The notes: generated by a model not told the origin, from the letters alone. Shown: positions 39,471 to 51,672, counted from the first letter of the stretch. The stretch: 64,000 nt of DNA from Camelus dromedarius (GCF_036321535.1 NC_087465.1:11222001-11286000); one strand, 5' to 3'. Made by a program: numbers and translations.

Positions 39471-39737
39471 CTTTCCTATAATCATATTAAAAAATATAAT
39501 CTGAACTACTTTCAATTCTACGATTTATCTTTCTATCAGAAAAGCAATTATACACCCATGCTCCTATATTTTTCACAGCTCCTACATTTGTGGGTGCTTT
39601 TTAGGGTGGAAAAATTTATTTACATTTCTGTAAAGAAAACTGTAAGCAACTAAACGACAAAAAAAACACAGTAACACTGGAGACCAAGTCAGAGGGGGAG
39701 AGAAATTCATACAATTTTAGGGAAGGGTTCAGCCAGA

Positions 39738-40834
39738 AATTGATTCTCAAACTTGACTGTACATTGGCAAGACTGGCTACATAATTTGTGGAGCCCGGTG
39801 CAAAATAAAATGTAGGAACCAGTGTTGAAGCACAGGAAAAAAAGGCACTAAAGCATTGTCTTTTTCCACATTCTCTCTCTTGACTAGTAAAAATGCTTTT
39901 TCTTCAGTATTTAATGATGTTCTAAGTAAAGAAAGTTTTAAATCCCAAATTACTAATTTTTTTCATTTTCTAGCATACAATGCTAGGTTTAAAAGCAAAT
40001 ACAAGACCATTCAACTCATTTGTGGAATCACCAAAATTACCCGATTTGTATTTCATAGTTCATATTTTGTTCTTATTCAGACAGTGGAAATGCCACACAA
40101 AACTAATCACTGGTCTTTATTTCACTTTTTGATTCATACACATTCTAACAACACTATCTCTGGCTTCCTGATGACTAAGGAAGGTCTAAAAAGAAATGTT
40201 TTGCTTTATCATTTCCTTTCCTTCCATGTAAGAGAAAGTTGTGGTACAAATGAAACAGCTAATATAAGGAAGTAGGTAAGAAAGGGTGTGATAGGGTTTC
40301 TTGGTCCTCTGCAATTCTTAAAAAATCACTACCCTGTTTATGTGTTTGAAGCACGTTCTATTTTGAATGGAAGGAGTAACTTTCCTGGGCTGTCACCTCC
40401 CCCACTTGCCCAGCAGTCGCTGTAACATGCTGAGCTCACACGCACTTTGTATCCCACGTCCCACTGAACTCCCCGACGTCCACATGCCGCGGGTCCACCA
40501 GAGCTCAGTGCTCTCACGGAGCACCTAAGAGTATATACATGAAAGGCATGCCCTGTGGTCCCATCAGACTTAACATAAAAACACCATTTCAAGATAAAAC
40601 TGTTACAAATTTCAAGACGGTGACAGCAGAGCCTTGAACCAAGCCTGGGTGCCTTCTGAGCACTGGCCCATGAAGCCAACCATGCAAGTTGGACTCGTCC
40701 AAGGAGCTTAAAACCCATTCACGTCTGAGAGGAGCCTCTGGGGATTGTGATTTAATTGCAGCCTTGGCCTGCACATCAGAGATCTTACAGATCCTCTAAG
40801 AGATCTGATGTGCAAGTAAGGTGAAGAACCACTG
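39738..40834 (+). mobile_element. MER5B-like MITE split in two (39738-39767 and 40693-40834) by a MER45 insertion
   Basis: Left part ttctcaaacttgactgtacattgg; right part ggagcttaaaa...gattgtgatttaattg...aaggtgaagaaccactg. Confidence 0.7.
39768..40684 (-). mobile_element. MER45C-like hAT-Tip100 element, both ends present
   Basis: caagactggctacataatttgtggagcccggtgcaaaataaaatg and ttcaagacggtgacagcagagc...gcccatgaagccaaccatg match the two MER45 termini. Confidence 0.85.
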
Positions 40835-41100
40835 GGATTAAAAGGTTCTAGCATTATTGTTCAAAGTGAATCAAAGAACTCACTAAAATTCAGAGAAGTA
40901 CATATTGGGACTGTGAGTTAACTCTTTTCACTTTACCATTAGAAGGATTTTTTTTTCCATTAAAATCATCCAGCGTACATCAGCGTGTTGAGGATGCACC
41001 TTCACAGAGGTTTCACTGCAATGGAAACTGATTCCTATTTAAAGCACATACTGATAGACTTCAAACTTCTAAATGTTAATTAAAATAACATTGCATGTAA

Positions 41101-41173
41101 ATAAAAAAAAGAAGGAAGAGGAGGGAGGAGAGGAGGAAGAGAAGAGGAAGGGGAAAAAAGATAGAGAAAACAA
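41101..41173. repeat. GA-rich polypurine low-complexity tract
   Basis: Directly visible aagaaggaagaggagggaggagaggaggaagagaagaggaagggg. Confidence 0.9.
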
Positions 41174-41174
41174 G

Positions 41175-41545
41175 TTAAATGTCCAAAATAAGAAAATGAT
41201 TAAGTAAATAATGATACATCGTGTAATGAATTACCAGATACCTTCCCCTCCAAAAAAGAGACGCAGCTCTAGGTATACTGACACAGGACAACAAAAAACA
41301 AAAACCTCCATGATATATAGTCAAGGAAAAAAGTTTCAGAACTAGATAGGAGCTCATTTATATAAAATATAAGTAAATAAGTCATTCATATATCTGTGTT
41401 TGAATATATACGGTAGGAGACAAATCTGGACAGATATCAATTAAAGAGACAACAGTTGTTAACTCTGCATAATGAAGCGTGTGTAACTTTCACTTTTCAC
41501 TTTATACAATTCTATTTAATTCAATTGTTACAGTTATATATTAGC
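41175..41545 (+). mobile_element. Old L1 (L1ME-like) 3' region
   Basis: aaatgtccaaaataagaaaatgattaagtaaataatgatacat ... caacagttgttaactctg ... actttcacttttcactttatacaattct. Confidence 0.65.
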
Positions 41546-41654
41546 AAAGACTAAGAAAAGAAAAAATGTTAATGGAAATGCAAAAGAAGTCATTGAATTT
41601 GGATTCCAGAAACATATATAGTCACACATTTGTTTTCCACAGGTTATGAAAAAC

Positions 41655-41790
41655 ATCACTCCCTATGTTTATGCTTTAGTTTCTCCATCTGAAAAATAGG
41701 AATGATGGTTCATAACTCTCACTTCTCAGATATAAGTCAAAGTATCATGTATAGTGCAGGCACTAAATATGAATTCAAGCTATTATCATT
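41655..41790 (+). mobile_element. MIR fragment
   Basis: ctttagtttctccatctgaaaaataggaatgatg. Confidence 0.65.
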
Positions 41791-44700
41791 ACAAACATTT
41801 AGTATACATCTAGGCTTTAAAATAATATATTAATACATAAAATATTATAAAACATAACAAACTAATATGGGTTTCCTGATTTGGTTATCAGACAGAATCA
41901 AAGTCATATTTCTTGGGCAAAGGCCGCCATCAAAGACCTCATGGGTTGCACTGAAAGAAAGGGGGGGGGGCAGGGGTGATATTTTAAGAAATTTAACGTG
42001 AAACAATCTCACTCAAGCTTTGCTGTTGTTCCCAAAGATGTCCTTATTCCTTCAGAAGAAGATAAATGGTTGCAATTGTCCCTTTTAAGATGGAGAATAA
42101 TCAAAAGGAAAGCACTTCCTCACTAATTTCCATCTCCATAGAAACCACCCAGCTCCCAAAGCCTCTTGTCTACAGACATCAGTCCACAGTTTTCTGATAT
42201 TAAGCAGTCTGAGCCCAAAGTCTGCCTTCTTTCACATTGTGATACCTTGAAGGGTAAGTTGAAAGAATAGAAAGACCCATGCCAAATTTTTCAAGACCCC
42301 ACTGCATCCCATTTAAATCCTTCCCGTATTTTATTTTCAAGTTTCGAAGAGACTGTCCTGAACACACGTTAAAAAGGCTCATGTAAAACGTGCCTGTTAT
42401 CAGAGTGCCCTTAATCCTGAATATCCCCTTCTGTTTTTTACACTCAAACGGTGCATCGATAAGAATTTCCTCTCTTCCCTAGCTTTTTTTTTTTTTTAAT
42501 ATGTATATCCAGACTGTGGGAATTTTTACCTGCTGTGTGAATAAGTCACTTTGATGAGGAAGCGATGGATGAGCGGTATTCACTTCCCAGGTCCCTTTGT
42601 TCCTATTCAGATCACAGGTTGGGGGATGTTATGGTAAATAGCCTAAGGCTGATCGAAAATAGTTTAACTCAGTGGCTAATTGGATTTAATAATTACACCA
42701 GAGCCTTAAGGGCATTGAAGTCCACTGACCTGAAAAGAATTATCAAATTCAAATTCAGGGGTTAGTTGGACTGATAGAATTTTAGCGATCATTTAAGTCA
42801 GGATTCTAACCCTAGCTAATTGCTGGCATAAACTGGAGCACTTTAGGGAAAAAAACAGAATCGGGGCCCACCCCCACCCCTCCCTGCCCCACCATCCCAT
42901 ATCCACTGAGTCAGATTCTACACAAGAATTTGTATTTTTATTCACTTGCCAAATTATTTCTATAATCAACTAAATTTCGAAATTAATTTTGGAGTATCAC
43001 CTGTCACACTCTCCTCTGCCCATTTTACAGATGACAATACTGATACACAAATGTCTAGCTCAGAGATGTCAGTGCCTTCCAGACACAGATAATGGCTGAA
43101 AGAGATGGACCATGATAAGAGTAAAGAGTAGTGAGGACAGCGGCCACCAAGATGGCACGAAGCTCAAGGGGATAGTGCTGCTCAGCTCTGGTCAAGCGTC
43201 TCGGAAAATGCTGGCCCAAGAGCAACTGATTATCACCCTCCTCATTTTTTTTTATTTTCAAGAGAAACTGGAAATCCAGATTTTTAAGAGGAAATGCCGT
43301 AGGGAAAAGAACACATATGTTTGGACTGCATCTTGGTCTTTAACTACCAGTTACCACTCTTCATAGAAGAAAAAGTGACTTGCCTAACATCGTGCAGACA
43401 GGTGTGCAACACAGGGCATAACTGAGGTTTTTTGGGATTCCAAGACAAAATTATTTCCTTTACCCTCTGCTCCCATTTCTTCCAGTGATAGCAACTTGTA
43501 AAAGTCAGAGGGAGAATGATCTTTAAATTGCCCCCCAACGCTATATTCTATGATTTTATCCCAGTCAACATCCCAAGGTCTTCTTACAATGATTTGTGCA
43601 TCCCTCTTTTTAAGAGATTTGCTTGGCATTTAAAAAGGCATCGATTGCACGACAGTTAAAATAACAACTAATGGTTTACTGAGAATTTAGAATGATTTCC
43701 CAATAGTGTCCTCCACTCCAGAGCAACAGTCAGAAGCTGCCCAGTGGCTTTGTTTGTGTTAAACCTGAAATTTCATTTAAATTCAACAGTGAATTTTTAA
43801 GTTTACATTAACAGCCTTAAAAATGGGTTTCACGGAATATTGTTTACAATCATAGACAAAAAAACTTAAGTGCCAACACTAAATAGGATTAAACACTGCA
43901 AACTTCGTTGGTACACCGACATTATTTTTACCACATGAATGTAACCATTTGCTACCAGCTCTGGCCCTACCAGCCCCAGCAGCATTATTTCCTCCAGTCC
44001 CTCCCACTTCCCCGAGTGCTGGGAAACCCAGCGGCCACAGACCACTGCGGAGAAGTGCCTGAATGACGAGCTAACGACAAGACTTCCAAGGCTAAAAGTG
44101 TCCTCCTCAAGAGGCATGACATTTCACACTTCACTCTCTCACATCCCTTGAAATTCCATCCCTTACAAATGCATTTTGGTTAAGTAGCTGAACTCTTTTC
44201 AAATGTGAAACCCCTGGGAGGGCTGCACCCTAGGGTGGATTTGCTTAGCTGTCTGTTTTAGCCCAGAGCTGCTGAAAAGCCACCAGGTTGTTACACAGAG
44301 GAAAAGGAACTTAGGGGCCTGGGTCACGTCAGAGGCTTGAGACCAGGGGAGAGTGGGGAAATCGAACAGCAAACATATCTGGACATTTGGATGTGAAGGA
44401 AAAGATAAGAAAGGGACCTGGATATAGTCTAAAAGCAAACTTAATCTTCTGCCAAATCTTAGTGATAGTGCACGGAGGCGGCAGGAAGTCGGCCTAGACA
44501 CACTTGCTGGCCATACTGAGGATGCTTCAAAGGCCCCAAAGCTTGTTCTTTTCTTATACCTGTCTCTTTCCACCCCCTCCCACCATCTCCGTTTTCTATC
44601 ATCTTGAGTCTGTCATTACTGTTTAGTCATTTATGTTGAAATTTTATGACGCCTACTAGAATTTATTTCCAATTCTTATAAAGACCAGTTACGGTTTTTC

Positions 44701-45087
44701 CATTAAGACCCAAGCCAAGAAAAATCCTTTTATTGACTGCATAGGCACATTTAATTCACTTTTTAATTAGTTAATGATTTTTTTTTTCTTAGGAACATCT
44801 CTGTATTATTGATATGTACTAGAAGAAAGAAAAGATTGACCCTTTGTTGTTTTACTACCAATAAATGTTGAAATCACAATTGTTAAAAGTTGCTGACTTT
44901 AAAGAGTGTCTTCTTGCCTGGAGTGCCAGCTAAGCTCAAATTGACCCTTTGGAGCAAAGTGTTCCAAGTGCCTATGGCCTTTTTCTTTTTTAATTTAAAA
45001 AAAGATGGGCTGGTTTGTTTCAGGGAAAATGAATTAAACAATAATAACTTTAGCACTTTCTTTCTTTCCTCCCTTCCTTTGTTTAAA

Positions 45088-45595
45088 AATAATTTATTGA
45101 ACACTAAAGACAGGTCAGGCATTGTTCTAGCCTCTTGGGGTACAAAGATTGAGTAGAACACTGTTCTTGTTCTTAAGGAAATAAACATGTTGATAAAAAT
45201 CCAAGGCCATTTGTTGATCCCAGAATGAAGGCATCAACAAATCACTAAATCAGAGGAGAGAAGGGTGAGCTTGCTCCCCGCTAGAGTAGTCAGGACAGAC
45301 GGCAGAGAATACAAGAGAGCCTTGCTGAATAATGAGAGAGTTTTGCTAAGTCAAAAAGAAAAAGGGTATTTAAGCAGGAGGAATAAGCTGTGCCGTGGCA
45401 TGGTGTGATCGAGGCAGTGTGTGCTGGTTCCCTGTGATTAGAAATGAGCTGTAGACAACAGGAAGGTGGGTTGGAATAGCAATTGTAGCCTAAGAAAGAA
45501 GCTAGGGTGCACAGAGGGTTATGCCGTGCTCATAAATCTGGGCTTAACTCTGGAGGAAAGTGGGAGTCCTCGACAAATGTTAAGTGAGACCAAAA
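45088..45595 (-). mobile_element. L2 3' region (antisense)
   Basis: aatttattgaacact...aggcattgttctag...gggtacaaagattgag ... gagccttgctgaataatgagagag. Confidence 0.7.
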
Positions 45596-45779
45596 TTGTG
45601 TTTTATGGGTTCAACACCCAGTACCTCCTCTAAAGATAAATAATAAAATCTAATTCCCTGTCCCCTGCCAAAAACAACAACAGCGACAATTTGTGTTTTA
45701 AGCAACATTCTTTCTAGATGCTAAGGGGGTAGGGGCAGAGATAGGCTAAGGGCAACATTTTTCCACACGTCTATTGTAA

Positions 45780-45920
45780 CCCACTAAGGAAGCCTGAGGA
45801 AGGCACGAGGCCATTGTTTTCTCTGCACAGGTATGGCCTCAGGCTGAAGAAGCTCAAGTTACTTGCTCAAGGCAGAGTGGTAAACCCAGGACTCAAACCA
45901 GGTCCTTCTGATTCCCGTTC
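45780..45920 (-). mobile_element. MIR SINE
   Basis: aggctgaagaagctcaagttacttgctcaagg...ccaggactcaaaccaggtccttctgattcc. Confidence 0.75.
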
Positions 45921-45984
45921 CGATGAGAATCCACTGGCTCCTGCTGGCCTCTCCTTCTCAATGTGCCACCAAGGGCTGTTGTTT

Positions 45985-46210
45985 GAAGGAACACTCACCG
46001 TTGGTCAGGCATTCTACCAGGCACATTGCCCTCAATGTCTCAATCCAACCTGTGAAATATAAACTATTAGCCCCCTTTTATAAGTTTTCAAAAAAAAAAA
46101 ACAAAAAAAAAACCTGAGTCCTGGAGAGGGGAAGCGAGTATACAAGGACACATTCGTTCGTCACAGAGCTGGGACTCAAAAGTGGACCTGTGTGATCCCA
46201 GAGACCTGCT
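45985..46210 (-). mobile_element. MIR SINE with internal A-rich insertion
   Basis: caacctgtgaaatataaactattagccccctttta ... aacctgagtcctggagagggg ... cagagctgggactcaaa. Confidence 0.65.
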
Positions 46211-47494
46211 CGGTAGAGTTCCTCCCAACACTGAAGAAGAAAACCAAACACACACCATCAGCTGGCCACGAAGGAGACACTGACAAGGGCTGAAAAAATG
46301 TTGAATGAAAGTTGGAGTCACGTGGCAAATTAGTGGCAGAGCTGGACTTGGAAAGAAAGCAGGTCTCTCCCCAAACATTCTTCCCATGACCACACTTGGC
46401 AACAATCTACTTCGGACCGAATTTAGACAGACGATGTTGTCAGACTCACACAGAGAGAAGTTGCAGAATGTCTGACATTGGGTTGAAATCTCTGGCCTTT
46501 GAGATAAATCTTTCAAAACCTCATCTCCTTTCCGGTGTGCAGCCAGCCCCATGGGATGGCTCAGTCAGGAGCTGAGCATTTAAATGGCCTAAGAATCAGA
46601 CCTTGAAAAGTCCCACAGTAGCTTCGGAAAGCTGGGTGAGACAGGAATAAAGACTTGTGGCCTTAAAATAAAGAGCCTTAACCAATTTTTATTTTTTCAC
46701 ATAGAATGAGCTCAGCTAAATAACAGACTATGAAAACACTTTGCAGAGAGAGCTCTGGTTTCAAACCAGACTTTGACCATTACCTAAAACGCAATTTCTC
46801 AGCAAAACAATCCAGAAAAATGTGATTACACCAGAAAGAAAATGAAGGTAGATACTGAGGAGATATTTGTCTTTAGGAATTTAACTACGAAATAATTAAA
46901 TTCAATGGAGTGTGTAATTATACCAAAACGCAATCTGATCTCCCTAGAAATTTCCCCTCTATTACCTCAGGGGAATGAAGCCAGACCCTGTGTTTTTTCT
47001 TGTTTGCATTTTCTGTATTAATCTTGTCATGATTTATAAAATAAACTTTAAAAAAAAGACTATCCCCATATTAACTTGAGGTAGATTTCATATCTTCTGG
47101 AGTTCCCACAGGGGGAAAGAGTCTGTTCTGTCATTGCCAAATGGAGATTTGGGGGGACCTCAAAGCAGGCAACGGTGGCCAGAGGCACAGTGACCTTGGC
47201 TGTGGCTTTTTGCAGAACAAAAGCCTTTTTCTCATTACAGGTGCAGAGCTGATAAGAATGGCCTTTTTTTTTTAAACAGTAAAATTCAGATAAATCTCTT
47301 TAAAATGCTCAGGGGCTAACCTCTTTAACTGACACAGAATATGTCTTTTGAAAAGTATATTTTGAGATAACCTTGTTTTATTAACATTTAGTGGCTTATT
47401 AAAACTGTATGGAGATAAGGAGAAACTGCATTTTTCAGATTCCAGCTGGATTTTTTTTACCCTTCTATAAACTATGTGACCCACAAATGTTTAT

Positions 47495-47765
47495 TTATTT
47501 TTTAATTTTTTAGCTGTTATATAAAGTCGATGCACAGCATTATGTTAGTTTCAGGCATACTACTTAATGATGTGACATTTGCGTACGTTATGAAATAATC
47601 ACCATGATAATTCTAGTAACCATCTGTCTCCACAGAGAGTTATTACAATATTATGGACCATATTCTTTATGCTGTATGTTACATCCTCATGACATTTATT
47701 ATATACTGGAGGTTTGTACCTCTTAATCTCTGTCCCCTATTTCATCCACCCACCCTCACACCCCC
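47495..47765 (-). mobile_element. L1MA9/10-like 3' UTR fragment
   Basis: attatgttagtttcagg...ttatgaaataatcaccatgataattctagtaaccatctgtc...gttattacaatatt...ggaggtttgtacctcttaatc. Confidence 0.85.
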
Positions 47766-47801
47766 ACACATATTGAAATTATATTTAAAATTATAACTTG
47801 A

Positions 47802-47936
47802 GGGGGAGGGTTAGCTCAGTGGCAGAGCATGTGCTTAGCATGCACGAGGTCCTGGGTTTGATCCCCAGCCCCTCCCTTTAAATAAGTAAATAAAAAAACC
47901 TAATTACCTCCTTCCCCCACCACAAAATAAACAAAC
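47802..47936 (+). mobile_element. Camelid tRNA-Ala-derived SINE (vic-1 type), full length with TSD
   Basis: gggggagggttagctcagtggcagagc...gtgc-ttagcat-gcac...gggtttgatcccc...cctaattacctcc; perfect 11-bp TSD aattataactt at 47789 and 47937. Confidence 0.93.
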
Positions 47937-50149
47937 AATTATAACTTTATCTGCTTTTTCCTTCATGTTTTCATCAGTACTTTGAGAAAGAGCGTTGGTC
48001 AATATATGATACCAACAATTTTCCTGAATCTAGTTGTTTTGGTTTAGTTTACTACCTAAGGAATTCATATTTGGGCTAATTTTTTTTTCCCAGCTAATGT
48101 TCAGTTGCCACATGGGGAAGTGTGCAGCCTCCAAGACATAACTGTTTCTCTGGGAGCCATTCTTGGTTATATGACAGCAACGGGTTTAAAAAGAAGAAAC
48201 AGACCTACAAACGCTCTTCTCTCTGCCAGTATCTTTCCCCATCTCTTTCCCAGGCCCTTTGCAGGCTTTGAGCAAAGAGAACCATGAATTACAGTTCTAG
48301 CAGTAACTCCAAACACTCAGGTATCACTTTCTTGCCTTGAATCTTTTGTCAGACTAACGGGCTGGTGCTATAGCAAAAGAGGCATCAGTAACACAATGTA
48401 TCTATTTTCCTGGTTTTCCTGCTGAAAACATTATGGCAATTTTGGAATTCTAGAGGCTGCTGCCCTCAAACACTGAGTCCTCCCAAAGACTTTGCCCTCT
48501 TCTCCAGAACTTTCCTCTGCTGTCAGGGCACCATTTGCTTTCCAGGATCCTAACTCGGCCATGACAGCCTGAATCAGAGGTTATAAACTCAGAAAAACAT
48601 GAAAAGCTCCCCATTTTTCCCTCCCTCTCTGAGATTAACAACATCACAGAGCAATGCTACTGGCCCCAGCTAGCTGCTTCAAGGATGTATCAATTCCATG
48701 AGAAACAGAATTTTTGTTTTTTTGTTTTTTGGTCTTTTGATGTATATACTTTAAGGCAAGAATTGGGAGTTCTCTGGAGTGAGTTTTCACATGGATGTTT
48801 TAAACCTACTAGTAACATCGATTGACATGTAGCATTGGTGACTGTGCTCCTATAAGTAACACCGAATCAAATTCCTGCCTGTCTGGTGGAGTTTGCAGAT
48901 TAATTCAGTTGCAGAGTTAGTCAGGACCTTTACTGTGATCCTCTTTGGGGAAATAAAAAAGGCAGGGGCCCTGGCTTAGCCTCTCCCGAGTGGGAACAAT
49001 AGGTTTTAATGAAGTTCTTTTTTTTGAATGACTCCTTTTTATTTCAGTGCAGGAAGGTTTCATGAAGCATAAGGGGGAAAATTCCTTGTCCGGTGTATGT
49101 ATAAGCACGTGTACTTAATGATTGTGGGTCAAAATATATCACAACAACTTGGTCTTTGAGGAAAGGGCTGGATTTCAGTCTAAAAAAGACAGTTAAGAGA
49201 CATAGAAGGAGGTGGCTCAGCCGAATCTTTCTGCTCAGGTTTAGGTCCTTTAATCCACAACTTCTCAAGAAGTTGTACCCACGGTCTTCGCAGCCTGAAC
49301 ATTCGTCTGAGCTTCCAGCATGTAAAAAAAAATAATTTGTTTTCTTCCTCTTTTTCCCTGCTCTTTTTTTTGGGGGGGAGTAGGGGATAAAGAGTGAAAA
49401 TAAAGTGAAGTTTCAAGTACACAGTGAGTAACTGCTGCACAGATTTCAACTGACATTTTTCTGCCTACAGGATGTCTGTGGGCTCCAAGCAATTTAAATT
49501 TCAGTTACTCATTGCATATCCCCTCCATTACAATGTCTACATTTACCAGTTCCAAACAGACCATTCCTTATGCTACTTTATGGTTTTCATACCTGTAAAT
49601 GTATCTATTAACAATTTTTCATTCACAAACATCACTGGCTGGAAACAAAATTTTCTCACAGGGTTTGATGAAGCTAAATGTTACATTTAAATGATTTGAA
49701 CCTAGATGATCAAAATCAGTAATAAATTAATTTTAAACTATTTCATTTTTGGACACTCTTCTAAACATAAGATTTTTGTTTCTCTGTGTTTTCAGATTCT
49801 CAAAATATTGCATTCTTCTATTTTCTCTTTTTCATGATTGTATTTACAAATGGTGAAACTTTTGGTCAGAAAATGAGCGTCTGATTCTTTTAACCTTAAG
49901 AAATTAGCTGTAGGTTTTCAACAGGAAGTAGTCACATAGAAAAAAGTAATAATAATCCTTCTCTTTTTTACTTCTTACTGTTTGATTTAAACTGCTAAGA
50001 GGCTGAACACTTTTTTTTTCTTTTAACTGACTAAAGCCTCCTACATTTGGTGTAACTTTCAGATGTTTGTTGATGTTGATTAAACTGAAGAGGGAAGAAG
50101 GAAGATACTGATTTTAGGAACTAGAAATGAGCTGTATGGGTAATGACTT

Positions 50150-51246
50150 CTGCTGCCCCTCAGGGCCCTTCACAGGTCTGTTTGCCGGAGTGACTATGCA
50201 CTGGGAAAAAGAAAATAATCAGCCCTTTATTGGACTCCTGGACACTGGCTCTGAACTGACACTTATTCCTGGAGACCCAGAACATTACAGTAGTTCTTCA
50301 GAGTAGGGGCTCATTGACATAGGTGATCAATGGAGTTTTAGCTCAAGTCCATCTCACAGTGGATCCAATGGGTTCCCAAACCCATCCTGTATAATTAGCA
50401 GCTGGAAGAACCCCCACATTGGTTCCCTGACCTGTGGAGTGAGGGCTGTTAGGGTGGGAAATGCCATTAGAACTGCCTCTTCCTAAGAAAATGGTAAATC
50501 CAAAGCAATTCTGCATCCGTGGAGGGACCGCAGATGTTTGAAAGATGCAGACCCCTTTTTCTCCGTATGGGTGGACAAGGCCCACCAGAAGCTGAAGAGG
50601 CCAAGACGGTATCTTCACTCTCCTACTGCAGGGGTGTATCAGGTATCCTGCAATGTCAACATCTAGATGGCAGTGTGAATCACACTGGTTCACTACATGG
50701 ATGACACTGTGCTGATGGGACACGGTGAGCCCGACGTAGCGACTGCTGTAGACTTACTGGTAAAGCATTCGTGTGTCAGAGGGTGAGAAAGAAATCCACT
50801 TACAGGTCAGAGGCTTTCCACCTCAGTGAAATTTCTGGGGGTCCAATGGTGTAGGATTTGTCAAGATAATATTTTCACTGTGAGAGAGAAGTTGTTGCAT
50901 CCGATCCCTCCTACAGCCCAGAAAGAGGCACACCACCCGGTGGGCCTCCTGGGACTCACGAGGCAACGTATTCCTCCTTAGCTGTGTTGCTGTGACCCAT
51001 TGACTGAGTGACCCCCAGAGTGGCTCGTTTTGAGCGGGGCCCAGAACAAGAGGGCTCGGCATCGGGTCCAGGCTGCGCTTCCCGCCACCCTGCCACGGGG
51101 CCGGGAAAGCCGGCAGGCCCGGCGGTGCTGGAAGGGGCAGCGGCAGATAGAAAGGCTCCCTGGAAGTGCTGACAGGCCCCTGCAGGTGATCACAGCGCAG
51201 ACTCTCAGGATCTGGGGATGAAAGCCTGGCATCATCTGCAGATAAC
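50150..51246 (+). mobile_element. ERV-L (class III) internal pro-pol fossil, inactivated
   Basis: Translates to GLLDTGSELTLIPGDP (protease DTG, 50241-50249), PLELPLPKK.VNPKQ, VHYMDD (RT motif, 50694-50705), SVKFLGVQW, GPEQE, SSADN; stops, frameshifts and an internal deletion. Confidence 0.92.
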
Positions 51247-51672
51247 TGAAACCGTGTCCAGGCCCCTGTCCCCCTGTCCTTTGAAGTAAAAGCCTTTGCT
51301 TTAGTCTCCCCAGCCTCCCTTGCGTCTCCAAAGGCTGGCTCAGGAGCCAGTGATTGGGAATGTGAAGACATAGACACAAAGGAGAGCTGCTGGGCCGGCA
51401 ACCATTTAGACTATAAACCAGCCAGAAAGCAGAGTCACCGAACTCCCTGGTCCCCGAAAGATCTAGATAATGGTCTGACACACATTCCTAAGTTGTTTGA
51501 CAGGCAGCAGACCCCCACCAGGCGAAAACTGCTGAGTGCGAGCACATAGACCCCAGACCGGCTGGAACCAGAAGGTGGATGATGCTCAAAACTTCACCTT
51601 GAGGCCCACGATCAGAGAAGGGCGCACGAGCTGATCAGGCACCCGCAGCCCCTCTCGCCCACGGCCTTTAAT
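51247..51672 (+). mobile_element. ERV1-type LTR (Laurasiatherian/cetartiodactyl), right boundary uncertain
   Basis: Starts TG exactly where ERV-L similarity stops; aagcctttgctttagtctccccagcctccc and accccagaccggctggaaccagaaggtggatgatg...cacgagctgatca resemble ERV1 LTRs as recalled. Confidence 0.6.

Noticed and set aside
39856-40275. 139-aa plus-strand ORF
   Set aside because: It lies wholly within the non-coding interior of the MER45 element, starts at TTG and has no transposase motifs.
46088-46552. 154-aa minus-strand ORF
   Set aside because: It runs into a MIR and a poly(T)-derived FFFVFFF end, with no recognisable domain.
50823-51481. The longest ORF in the track (192 aa) and an overlapping 167-aa ORF, both minus strand
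   Set aside because: They are antisense to the GC-rich ERV-L/LTR junction. The recognisable retroviral motifs are on the plus strand, so these are stop-poor shadows.
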